Below are positions 25,115-36,741 of a DNA stretch of 64,000 nucleotides, in pieces. Position 1 is the stretch's first letter; every line of letters begins with the position of its first letter. The notes below the pieces were generated by a model. It was not told where the DNA came from. It worked only from the letters and a program-made list of their open reading frames with translations, and searched no databases. Position numbers and translations under genes: made by a program. The stretch comes from Phoronis australis (Eukaryota > Animalia > Phoronida), in contig NMRA01000931.1 of assembly GCA_002633005.1 (NCBI GenBank), positions 28,721 to 92,720 on the forward strand, in the 5' to 3' direction.

Positions 25115-28100
25115 TCTGACAAGTCCACGTTGGGAATTGTTTATACTGACAGGAAAAAACTCTAAAATGAATAAACTTTTGACCATTTTCCTGGTCCTGT
25201 TCTGGGAATCGATCGGTTACCATTAATCCTGATAGCTATACCGTTTCCATTCGTCCGACGGTCGGTCACGGGTGGCAGTTATAATCTGCGCTATGATCTG
25301 TGGGTACTCCCCCGTACCTGTAAAGAAATGCATGTATACGTTTTAATAGTAGCGCACACTTATCCAAGATGGAACGAGAATCTAAACCCCCACCAATCAC
25401 ACCCCAGAGCTTTTAAAAGATTCTCTACTTTCGGCGGTGCCGAAAATTCGCAGTCATACAAACTGAGGTTGAACTCAAGTCGGACCGAGCAAAAATAGGC
25501 AGAGCTAATAGAGGCGGGACACTAGCCTGCACACCTCAGCCAACAAGCAGGCGCCGTCAACAGGCCTCGGAGATATCGACGCTGAGGGCACAGAAATGTG
25601 AAGCGAAATTTGTTGACTTAGACCTGCATCATTAGCTATCCAGTGTGAAAACAGACATTCCGGGAACGCATTTCCCCTGTCGTTGTTGCAATAAGGATAT
25701 CCCGTCTGTTTCACACAGATTAGGACCAACACTTTGGTAAACAAGGAAGTACGTACATGCACAACAGAAACATCGCGAACAAACTGTGATTCAATACAAT
25801 CGTTGAACCCGGAAAACTTTCAGTGCCTGTCGAAACAAAATCTGCACAATGGATTGACGAGGACGAGGTTTTGGCAACTGAATCCATTTAAATACTTCAG
25901 TTACTCTCATACACATTTAAATACTTCAGTTACTCTCATACACATTTCGTACTATTGCAAGATCCGTGGTCGTCAGTCAAGTACGATCCCTCAACAAACA
26001 GTGCAATGTGACTATTAGTAATACAAAAATACGAATATAGAACATAGTTTGGGGAAAACGACCTTGAAAACATGACGAAGTGCCTTAATTTTACCCCAAT
26101 GTTAAACATCAGTAAGTGGAATGAGGCGGTTGAATCATACCAGTTGTGTAAGATAAATAATACCGATCGTGTCGTGTTTATTGTAATACTATCTTTTATA
26201 TGTCAGTTATCAAATGACAAGAGAACAAAGTGTCAACCGAAACATTTCAAAAGTCAACTGCATTGTTTATCTACATTTTATCATAGTCCTAACATATGCC
26301 CTGAGAACTTAAATAACCAGTTGAACAGTGTTGACGCAAAAAATCTTATTGATTAATCCGCAATCAGGCGGCTTGGCAATAATATTGGGACAGACGTGTG
26401 TGTGATCATTGTGTTGATGAATGGCTGTGAAATCCCGAATAAAGGATTATTTTATATCGCAGTGTAATAGGATTTAAACTTGTCGCGAAACAAGAACTAT
26501 ATACGATGAAATCCACCTTTATCACGGTGAAACATCGAGAGATTCTCTTAATATAGACATCTGTAATGTGAATAACCACGCAGTTTCCCGCCACGCGTCG
26601 CTTCTAGTTAACTGTGTTGCGGAATAGATCGGACACGATTACACTAATTTTAGCACGCTTTTTGTGTTTTAAATGAATATCAAACTATGACATTATATTT
26701 TGAACCAGACAGGTGATTTAATAATAGGACTGACGGACTTTAGTTTTAGACTTCGGATTCGGCAAGACAAACATTGATCCAAAAACTACAGATTTTGGTC
26801 GAAGGTTGTTTCCACTGCACATGTCAATACATTTATGTGTCTGTATCAGGAGATCCAGGTGCCGGTGCCGGTTATTTTTTATTCCATCTATTCTTTCAAA
26901 CAAAACCAGTTTGTCTATAAAACGGCCAATATTTCATGTTCAATAGTCCAAATTGAAACATGCAAATTAGCTACCAGTCTCAACTCAATTTCGTTCATGA
27001 TATCCACCGAAAGTACGAAACAGATATTCACTGATAACCCTATCATGAGCTTGGACACAAATTTTTGTTCATAAGGTGTAATCAAACCACCAGTTGGCTC
27101 TATAACTAAATCGTGGCCGGAAGTTCTGCAGTTATTTATCAAATGTTTTTAGGTTGCAAATTTGTTAAATACATTGCGCGTGATTGTCTACTTGTTGCAT
27201 CAAAAGAAACAAATTGAAAAGTTTACTTTCTCCCTGTGAATCTTAATTGAAAATTTTGGGAAGAGTGTGAAATGAATTATTAAACATTAGACCACTTGCG
27301 GGTTGTATGACGATCACCCGTGTAAACTTGAAGGTCCGTTTGTTCGGTCAAAGTAAACTCGATTGAACAGGGGGAGCTCCAAACAAAATACTTCTGTAAT
27401 CTGAAATCTAGACATTGTTTCAGAAAACTTACACGTATTACCACTGATTACTTACATTCCGGAAATATGATAAGTTACTAAACAGAAAACATCAAACTGC
27501 TAAGAAAGGTTATGATAATTTTGATAAATGACAAATTAAGGAATGCTCTTTTCTTGCCATGTCAGATTCTACGGCAGTTGGCCTATGGCTGCTGACCTAG
27601 GGGTCCTTTTCACGAGCTCTTTCACATTTTATAAAGTAAATCAGGAAAAACATATTTTTTCAGCAGAGTTAATTAAATCTTTTTGGAATGATTTGAAACA
27701 TGTAAAACTCACATGAAAACTGAAATATCTCTGAGTCAAAGAACAGCGGCACTGTGAAACATATGGGAAAACAAAAACAACATTAGAGTGCAGCATGAAA
27801 ACGACGTTTCGATATTAATCAAATACCAGGTAAAATAGTAGGGAACATTCCGTTAAGATATTTTGCTTTCCGCCTATTGTACCTGATGATGATATTTGAT
27901 TAATATCGAAACCTCGTTTTCATGTTACACTCCAGCGTCGGTTTTGTTTTCCACTTCTTAGTACTTCTAATTTGGTCAAAATCTAATACGAAATATGTTC
28001 TAAAATATGGTACGCGTAAAACATTTTCGAGAAATCGTAGACCTATTGTGGAATACCGCACATGGATATGTACACGTATCAAGAGTATTTAGAGAAGGTT

Positions 28101-31100
28101 ATACCAAGTTATCGAAATGCTTTTATTAAAAGCAAATTACGTAGATGAGGGTATAATCATGAATTATGCTGGAAAGCCAAGGTGGAAAAAAATTCCATGA
28201 CACAAAATTTCTATTCAAGATATAAATTTTCTGAAGAACCAGAAAAAATGAACCCAAAACCAAGATTTATCGCCTCAGAACCTGTAATTTATAACGCCAG
28301 GAACAAAATTTAACACGTCAGGACACAGAATTAATACGTCGGGACACAGAATTATTACGTCAGGACACAGAATTAATACGTCAGGACACAGAATTAATAC
28401 GTCAGGAAACAGAATTAATACGTCAGGACACAAAAGTGAGTACGTCAGTACACAGAATTTCTTGCCAGGAAGAAAAGTTCTTGCCACGAGTGCCATGAGA
28501 AAATTTCAAGCCAGGAGACCACGTGACAATTATGATCCGCTGCGTCTCATCACATTGGCTTCGATTGTAAAACGTGGAAGAGAAGAGAGAAATTCAACAT
28601 CATTGTCACGATAATGTGACTGTTGCAGGCGAAGCATTGTGTACCTATTACGTCATCTATTTGAGGGGTGGGTTGCTCGTGGTTGGTCAAGTGGTCTCCT
28701 GGCATGGCATTTTCCTGACGTGAATTTTTCCTGACGTGTGAAATTTTCCTGATGTATTAAATTTTGGTCCTGACTTGATAAATTATAAGTCCTGGGGCGT
28801 AAATTTTTGGTGTCAGTACTTTTTTCTGGTCATGCAGAGAATTCAATTATTGGATAGAAAATTTGTGTCCTGGATTTGGTTCTGCTTTTGCTTTCCATAT
28901 TGCTGATAACTAGAGAATCATAAGGCTACCTTTGCAAATCGATGTTGAAGGCATTTCAAAAGGGACAGTGTCGTTTTTGCGGTCGAATAAACGCAGTTTT
29001 TTGGTATTATTGTTGAATGGGAAAATACTTTTTGAAATAATTAACTGCGACCAGAGTAGGACACACTCAAATGTGAGGTCGGGGCCTTTTATACTTAGTA
29101 CGGCGGTGGATTTGGCTCTGCGTTAGAGAGCCATGCGGCTTTTGTTGTGGAGTTGCTGGGCTGAATTCCGTGCTACTGTTAATTTTTGTAAAATCACTTG
29201 TCCTTTCAAGGAATTATTTAGACAATGGGTGAACAAATTTTATAATAACTCAACCGTATAAGTTATTTAAAACGGCTATTTGTCTCAGGCGTTTCCTCTA
29301 CAAAGACGTTGTCAACAATGATGAAAACAAAAGAGTTGACGATTGACGGTATTGATTATTAAAATCGCTCGGTACGTGGACGATACATCTTTTAGTTAAC
29401 ACGAAACTCCGGGTTCCTTGTCAGAGATGCTGAAAGTATTAGATTTCTAGGCGAAGATTTCTGGTTCGAAATTTTATTACTATAAAAGAAAATTTTACTT
29501 GGATTGGAAATAAAAAAGTTTCCTACACAGGTCTGTCACAACAAAAACTCATTCGGAACAACCTGGGTTTTTGTTAGCATTAAATTATTTTTCGGAGGTG
29601 TTTCATATCTGCTCCTTCGTGGTGTGACAAAGGCGCTGCAAACGTACACGCCATGACAAGTATTTCGGATATGTTCGCCACTGTGCATGTCGGATGTAGA
29701 CAATCATGGCATCTTGAACATTTCCGTTGTGCAAGAGACACACTTGCAAAGCAGCAACTTCTGCTGTTCTGTTAATAACGCTGAGAGGGCTAATTACAAT
29801 ACGTAACAGGTTCTCATAGGATTTCAACATACAGGAGGGTGCACATGGTTGTACAGTGGTAAGTTCAGAAATCTAGGTTTTCGCATAGACAGTGACGGAA
29901 ACAACGCCGATCGGTTTTGTGATCACTGTCAACACACGCCTTCNTGGTCTCCTGGCATGGCATTTTCCTGGCGTGAATTTTTCCTGACGTGTGAAATTTT
30001 CCTGATGTATTAAATTTTGGTCCTGACTTGATAAATTATAAGTCCTGGGGCGTAAATTTTTGGTGTCAGTACTTTTTTCTGGTCATGTAGAGAATTCAAT
30101 TATTGGATAGAAAATTTGTGTCCTGGATTTGGTTCTGATTTTGCTTTCCATATAGCTGATAACTAGGGAATCATAAGGCTACCTTTGCAAATCGATGTTG
30201 AAGGCATTTCAAAAGGGACAGTGTCGTTTTTGCGGTCGAATAAACGCTGTTTTTTGGTGTTATTGTTGAATGGGAAAATACTTTTTGAAATAATTAGCTT
30301 CGACCAGAGTAGGACACACTCAAATGTGAGGCCGGGGCCTTTTATACTTAGTACGGCGGTGGATTTGGCTCTGCGTTAGAGAGTCATGCGGCTTTTGTTG
30401 CGGAGTTGCTGGGCTGAATTCCGTGCTACTGTTAATTTTTGTAAAATTACTTGTCCTTTCAAGGAATTATTTAGACAATGGGTGAACAAACTTTATAATA
30501 ACTCAACCGTATAAGTTATTTAAAACGGCTATTTGTCTCAGGCGTTTCCTCTACAAAGACGTTGTCAACAATAATGAAAACAAAAGAGTTGACGATTGAC
30601 GGTATTGATTATTAAAATCACTCGGTACGCGGACGATACATCTTTTAGTTAACACGAAACTCCGGGTTCCTTGTCAGAGATGCTGAAAGTATTAGATTTC
30701 TAGGCGAAGATTTCTGGTTCGAAATTTTATTACTATAAAAGAAAATTTTACTTGGATTGGAAATAAAAAAGTTTCCTACACAGGTCTGTCACAACAAAAA
30801 CTCATTCGGAACAACCTGGGTTTTTTGTTGGCATTAAATTATTTTTCGGAGGTGTTTCATATCTGCTCCTTCGTGGTGTGACAAAGGCGCTGCAAACGTC
30901 CACGCCACGACAAGTATTTCGGATATGTTCGCCACTGTGCATGTCGGATGTAGACAACCATGGCATCTTGAACATTTCCGTTGTGCAAGAGACACACTTG
31001 CAAAGCAGCAACTTCTGCTGTTCCGTTAATAACGTTGAGAGGGCTAATTACAATACGTAATAGGTTCTCATAGGATTTCAACATACAGGAGGGTGCACAT

Positions 31101-34100
31101 GGTTGTACAGTGGTAAGTTCAGAAATCTAGGTTTTCGCATAGACAGTGACGGAAACAACGCCGATCAGTTTCGTGATCACTGTCAACACACGCCTTCGCG
31201 CAATAAGTTAGGAACACCTCTCGCTGTGTTCATGCCATGACAGTTCGCCTTTCATCAAGTACAAGTTTCATCAATTCTTCGATGGCCATACCACTTTTTT
31301 CAATTTACAAACTGGTTACTGAGTTTTGCATGCTCAGAGGTACGTACATGGTGGCTGCGTTGGATTTGACAAATGCTGTCGCTGATCCAAGGTATTATGC
31401 GTGATGTAAACTGACTCCTGCCTGAAGTTTTTTTTTTGCTTAAAGTTCGCACATGCGCAGATATGAAACATCTCCGAGGGTTAAGTTGAGGCTTCGAAAA
31501 TACCCGAAGTTTTCCGGGATGGACAAGCGTTGCGAACGGGGTGTTACTAAGTTTAATGGCGATGAATTTTTATACCCATGAAGACAAAAGGAAGCATGGT
31601 CTAAAAGAAAACCTACGATATTGATAAAGTGACCGTTCGTCATTTCAAAAATTATTCAATTGCTAGTTTTGCTTTCTTGTCAGTCTCGGCTGCTTTTCTG
31701 AAGTACACAGTTTGTTTTTAAAAATTGACAAAAACATTGAAAATTGGGGTCTTATTGCAATGGATCTTAAACATTTTAATAGTGCTAAAAAAGTTTCGGT
31801 AATAAGATTTTTACGGCAAGATCCAAGTGGATATTGAGGCTGAGTGTTTTTTACCATATCGTGATAGAAGCGGTTTTCCCACTGCCCTGCTGCATGAGCT
31901 GAGAAATAAACACCTCAATAGCATGAAAGGAAATGTTCGGTCGAGAGCTAATTATACTAATTATTCGTGACAATTATTTGGGCGATCTGTTTCCTTTTTA
32001 GGTGGGAAGGCTTATGGGATGCGCTTACAGAGACAGGAAGAAGCGCTTGACAGAATAAATCAAGTAGGTATACATTACTGACAGATCGAATGTACCTAGA
32101 TAGCTAATTGTCACCAGTAAGTATGTACATCCGAATACCCGGTGGGGCTGCGTAGGGATTTCAGGCAATTATCTCTAAGCAGTCTGAAGGCCTTGAAAAG
32201 CCAAAGATTGCGTGAAAAGAATTCATTCGCGAGCAGAGAAGAATTACTTACACTCCATGGCCAACTGCAATCATCAGCTGAGCGCCGCGCTTCCTGAGGA
32301 TTTCGACCCTTTAAGCTCAGGATCTCTCCACATGGTGGGCCAGCAACAGCTGGTCGATTTAGTTGCGTTGCAGTCGGTTATCAATACCTGGCTCCCCCTT
32401 CCCTCCTCCATCTCCTTCCCTCCAAAATAATACGTGCAGTCCACGAAGGAACAATTAAGGTTGTCTGACTTGTACACTATNNNNNNNNNNNNNNNNNNNN
32501 NNNNNNNNNNNNNNNNNNNNNNNNNNNNNNNNNNNNNNNNNNNNNNNNNNNNNNNNNNNNNNNNNNNNNNNNNNNNNNNNNNNNNNNNNNNNNNNNNNNN
32601 NNNNNNNNNNNNNNNNNNNNNNNNNNNNNNNNNNNNNNNNNNNNNNNNNNNNNNNNNNNNNNNNNNNNNNNNNNNNNNNNNNNNNNNNNNNNNNNNNNNN
32701 NNNNNNNNNNNNNNNNNNNNNNNNNNNNNNNNNNNNNNNNNNNNNNNNNNNNNNNNNNNNNNNNNNNNNNNNNNNNNNNNNNNNNNNNNNNNNNNNNNNN
32801 NNNNNNNNNNNNNNNNNNNNNNNNNNNNNNNNNNNNNNNNNNNNNNNNNNNNNNNNNNNNNNNNNNNNNNNNNNNNNNNNNNNNNNNNNNNNNNNNNNNN
32901 NNNNNNNNNNNNNNNNNNNNNNNNNNNNNNNNNNNNNGTGACTTATCCAATTACTCATAGTTCTCATCTATTTCAGGATTTTCTTGGTGACAAAGATTAC
33001 GATGACGTGGAGGATTTAGAGGACAAACTAGAGTCTTATAAAGGTTTTCTTTCGATGTCGTCGTCTTTGTGTTCGTCGCTGTCATTATGAAATAACAGTG
33101 TTTTTCATGGGTGTTTGGTAAAAGAATGAATTTGCAGTTTATATCCGTTTGTAGAAACACAATGTTGTTATAATGCATATCTGAATGATTCATCTTCTTG
33201 TAATCAAAGAGTGATTTTCTTTGAACAGGATGCTTGCTTGTGTCGATAGTGTTACTGAAGGAAAAAACATATGAGAGCTACATTTTTACAAACGCATTTG
33301 TGAACATTCATATTTAATGTGGTGAATTCAAAGTCGTTTTAAATTTAATGCTTTAAGCTTTCTTGATTCCAAAGTTGTTAAATGCTCATTTTGTCTATTT
33401 TCAGTAAAGTTCGTGGAATACGATGACGATAACTCGGGCGATTTAGGTATGTTTCATTGCCGGTTTGCTAGAGAGCGATTTCCATCACTTTCTAATTGAC
33501 TAAGAAGACAAGCGCCAAAATAAAATGGAAACAAGAAACAGCACAACAAAGGTCAACAAAGATATTGCGATTAAAAACTTGGCACTATTGACGGCATAGT
33601 AGGCTAAATGTCCACAGGACTGGGTGTCTAGCTTTAGTGGCTCGTTCCGTGTTCATCAGTGAAAGCTAGCGAGATCTGTCTGCTTGTAATGCTCTCGCGA
33701 AAACGTGCGAGATCTTGTCAAATTCTGAAGAACTTCATGATCGTTTTTCGTCACGATATTCCAGCTGGCACGGTAAAAACGCAGCGCTAGACACGCAACG
33801 ACAATATCGTCTAGTGAAAACGGACAACGGACGTTTTCTCGTTTCACTGCAAAAATCCTGTGTGAAACCACATGCGGTAGTTGCAATAACAAAGCTACGA
33901 TACTCAAGACCACCTTACATGTATGCACTTGTGCACTCGCGATATCTCTCTTGAAACCGAAAGAGATATTGAGTAAACTCAGTGATTCCAGTTTCTTCGA
34001 CAGCATCATTTATAACCGCGCATCAGCTACGGAAATTTTGAAGTTGAAATTCCCGTTTCCACATCCAGGCGGTTTTATTAAAGCCACATATTTTCGATAA

Positions 34101-36741
34101 ATTGTAGCAACATGAATACACCTCGACAACGTATTCTCGTGATATCTCGCCAACCCACTCATTTCGTTCGAGAAAATCGCGTTATCAATCGCCTCATGGA
34201 AAACATAGTGTGAATAGGGTGTCGCGAATTTCTGCGTTTTTTTGATTTTACGCATCGTGGTAAGATTTTTTCTATCGTTACTTGAAAGCTCCTAAACGTC
34301 AAGCTGAACGCAGCGTCCACATTATTTGAATGTCAACATATACAGAGCCACCCTTTATTCAGTGAAGTTCTCTCCTCAAATGCGACGCATGCCGGGCTAC
34401 GTTCTTTACATCCTAGGCATTAGCCATGCCTTTCTGATGAGAAATCGTACCTTATGGAGCAGAAACAATGGAATAATTCCCACAATTCTTGAATTCACTC
34501 CTATAATTCAGCATTCCAACTTAACTGACCATTCAGTTTAGTGGCGGCCGCCATTTTGATAGGTATTGTAATGTTAGCAGCGTCTCGAGCACACTAGCGA
34601 AACACTCCGCCTAATTCACTCTCGCGATCCTGCTTGTTCTGGAAGATCCCGTGTCAACGAAGCGCTGCCCTGGACACCGAGTCCTTATTTTTGGCCCTGT
34701 GCAAACGTCACACCACAAAGTTCAACGTCCCCTTAATTAATTCAAAATAGATTCGCAAACTGCCTCAGTCTCGTCCTTCAAAAAGCTAACTTGCTATTCC
34801 TGGGTTAGGAAAGAATTGAGTGTTCCTTATTGTATGAGCACCAGTCTCAACAAGTTACCCTTTTGCAGTGGGTTATTTTATACACCGACCATGCTTTTTA
34901 AGCATACGTAACCACCAAAACGGTCACTTTTCCAAGCCTGAAGGCCACGTCTTATGGGAGACAAAACAAACAGAGATTAATTTTAAGTAGTATTGGTGTA
35001 TTAAAAGTTCCTGTGACGTCAAGCTCGTGTTTATAGCAGGTTTTGTGTGAGAAATGGTGCGCGACGTCTTGAGTAATGATTTTGATGGATGTTGTATCAA
35101 TCTAATAGCCGTCCAGTTATGGCAGTAACACAATTGAAAACCTGGCGTGGCCTTTCTTACGAGTTTGGTAAGTTTGCGCGGGTCTGTGAAAGCCGGAACA
35201 AAACCGGACGTGATATATTTCAACATGTAAATCGTAACGACTTTTCAGCTTCAAACACCTGCCAGCACTGTCCGATTTGTGGTGTATGTTAGTTTACAAA
35301 AGTTTGTGGAATGTGTAAATAGATAGGTATCACACTAATGGAATCGAAGCATTTGATAAGTTACTTGCAGTTGCTTTTCATTTTGACAGGCATGATGGAC
35401 GTCAAACTTATGATGGAAAAATTGGGTCAAGCTAAGACACATCTAGAGATTAAAAAGATGATAGCGGAAGTCGATGAGACGAATAAAGGTGCCATATCTT
35501 ACAGGGAATTTCTACTCATGATGCTAGGAAAGAGAAACTCCATTCTAAAACTGTAAGTGGCATGTTCCTCACGATTTTACGATAACAATGTATACTTAAG
35601 CTCAAACGACAAACAGTGATATTCATCGGCCATTTTGGCGATATCATAACGTTTAAGGATGTAGTACATTTTTGTTTATGCATGGGCGGCGCACCATAGG
35701 GGGGTGGGGGGGGGCTAGTAGCCCCCACTTTTTTCAGTGCTACGCCGTACATGGTCTATAGACGGTGCACCACAGGGGGGTTGAGGAGGCTTTTGCCCCC
35801 CACTTTTTCAGTGCTTCGCCGCCCATGTCTTTTAAGGTGAAAATATATATTTGCAAATTATTCATGTTCGCATTGTGGTGTCTGCAAACATAATACCATA
35901 TGTGAGGGCGTGTTGTAACCACACACCGACCAATCGTGAAGAATCGTCAAAGATACATTTACTGCATGCAGGAATAGTACATTAACATTTCTCAAAAATA
36001 GGAAAGTAGGTCACCTCCCACGGCAGCAAGACTAATACTTTGTCATACAGCGATTACGGGATATCGCAAGTAAAGAATAGACTGAAAAAGCATTCGTGGT
36101 TGTTTAGACTGTCACGTTATCCATTGACCTAATTTAAGTTCAGCCCAGTTAGATACCACGCCAAAATAAGAGCCCCACCTCGTAACCACAGGGACCCGGT
36201 TCTCGTAAACCTATGGCAAAAAATAGTATAGCGACCGGGCAGATGGTCTCAATTTCTTTAATGAACTGGGTGGAAGTGATAGCTCGAACGTTGTGTTCCT
36301 GTGGTGAAAAAGTTGTGATCCTGTGGACGAAAATAGGCACAGACGGTGGCAGCAAAAATAAATGATGTCAAGTCCCGCTCGTATCTGTGACCAAATCCCA
36401 CCCGGTTGCCATGTATTTCCCGCACCCGCACTTTTCTTTTGGTGCTGTGACCTCTGGTTACCGTAGTCACACGTTGGCTTTTGTGATTAACATGCAGCAG
36501 AACTTCTTGAATACCATTCTAAGCTCCTCGTCACTATAAGTACGCTTCTGTGTGATTTCGAAAAGTCACGTCTCTAATGTTGACACGTCGTACTCATTTC
36601 CAGCCCTGTGGTTTTGCTTTCAGCATCCTAATGTTTGAGCAGAAGAAGAACGCACCCGAGAGGCCCACTGGTCCACCTCCTAAAATGTCACTGGCAGATT
36701 TAGGAATTGACAAGTCACGTGACGATTCTGTGGGTGTCTAG
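22490..36741 (+). CDS. AIF1: Allograft inflammatory factor 1 (AIF1/Iba1/AIF1L family) EF-hand actin-binding protein, copy A, 154 aa; exons 22490-22502, 32002-32063, 32977-33043, 33405-33446, 35390-35552, 36624-36741
   Basis: All introns are GT-AG, phases 1,0,1,1,2, 465 nt in total. Protein: [159 protein letters not shown](F/Y)G, MMEKLG..KTHLE.KKMI.EV and MMLGKR.SILKLI.MFE are AIF1-family hallmarks. AATAAA at 36821. Confidence 0.93.
23387..24702. mobile_element. ~1.3-kb insertion present in only one copy of the duplication; short inverted ends ATAGG(G)CCT…AGGCCCTAT
   Basis: Copy 1 reads GTCCAT-TG; copy 2 reads GTCCAT[ATAGGCCTTT…GGAGGCCCTAT]TG. No recognisable intact ORF. Confidence 0.65.
25885..25947. 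repeat. 29-bp perfect tandem duplication
   Basis: CATTTAAATACTTCAGTTACTCTCATACA x2, then CATTT. Confidence 0.9.
27766..27952. mobile_element. Palindromic MITE-like element (relative at ~61965-62150)
   Basis: Left arm …CATGAAAACGACGTTTCGATATTAATCAAATA pairs with right arm TATTTGATTAATATCGAAACCTCGTTTTCATG…. Confidence 0.7.
28170..28897. mobile_element. Foldback-type element with long, diverged terminal inverted repeats containing tandem subrepeats
   Basis: Left TGGAAAGCCAAG…GACACAAAATTTCTAT…ACCAGAAAAAA…GCCAGGAGACCA mirrors right TGGTCTCCTGGC…TTTTTTCTGGT…ATAGAAAATTTGTGTC…GCTTTCCA. Confidence 0.75.
28295..28470. repeat. 21-bp minisatellite, ~8 units (CGTCAGGACACAGAATTAATA), inside the foldback left arm
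   Basis: Direct reading; it explains the CPDVLIL repeat in supplied ORF 28275..28496. Confidence 0.9.
28692..31197 (+). repeat. ~1.25-kb near-identical direct duplication (28692-29943 and 29945-31197) joined by a single N
   Basis: Both copies run from TGGTCTCCTGGCATGG to CACACGCCTTC with scattered SNPs; N at 29944. Confidence 0.95.
29225..29520 (+). mobile_element. Degenerate non-LTR retrotransposon (L1/Tx1-like) reverse transcriptase fragment; second copy at ~30480-30770
   Basis: [10 protein letters not shown] at 29358 ([10 protein letters not shown] at 30611), followed by ..[14 protein letters not shown].. and ..WIGNKK, with frameshifts and stops. This is the YADD catalytic region. Confidence 0.75.
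32002..32063 (+). CDS. AIF1: AIF1-A exon 2 ([21 protein letters not shown])
   Basis: ttccttttta g|GT … CAA|gtaggt; 62 nt. Confidence 0.92.
32481..32937. other. Assembly gap (N run) within AIF1-A intron 2
   Basis: Direct reading. Confidence 1.
32977..33043 (+). CDS. AIF1: AIF1-A exon 3 ([22 protein letters not shown])
   Basis: tttcag|GAT … AAAG|gttttc; 67 nt. Confidence 0.9.
33405..33446 (+). CDS. AIF1: AIF1-A exon 4 (EF-hand 1 entry, [14 protein letters not shown])
   Basis: ttttcag|TA … TTAG|gtatgt; 42 nt. Confidence 0.92.
35390..35552 (+). CDS. AIF1: AIF1-A exon 5 ([23 protein letters not shown]…SILKL)
   Basis: ttttgacag|GC … AAACT|gtaagt; 163 nt; within supplied ORF 35338..35556. Confidence 0.95.
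35681..35827. repeat. Two tandem ~70-bp GC-rich mini-elements with inverted ends CATGGGCGGCG…CGCCGCCCATG; inverted fragment at ~39295-39335
   Basis: GCCCCCACTTTTT(T)CAGTGCT occurs twice; GCACTGAAAAAAGTGG…CCGCCCATG near 39307. Confidence 0.65.
36624..36741 (+). CDS. AIF1: AIF1-A last coding exon ([20 protein letters not shown]…SVGV*)
   Basis: ttttgctttcag|C ATC CTA ATG TTT GAG; stop TAG at 36739-36741. Confidence 0.92.

Noticed and set aside
28295-28470. Regular 21-bp repeats as a CRISPR array or a repeat-protein ORF (CPDVLIL)n
   Set aside because: Head-to-tail units with no unique spacers, eukaryotic context, no cas genes; the array sits inside a foldback TIR.
28692-31197. 1.25-kb tandem duplication as a biological segmental duplication or LTR pair
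   Set aside because: The copies abut at a single N, the typical signature of overlapping heterozygous contigs joined by a scaffolder. There is no internal retroelement between them.
32434-33090. Long ORFs here and at 19784-20306
   Set aside because: Artefacts of reading through N gaps; only 32977-33043 is a real exon.
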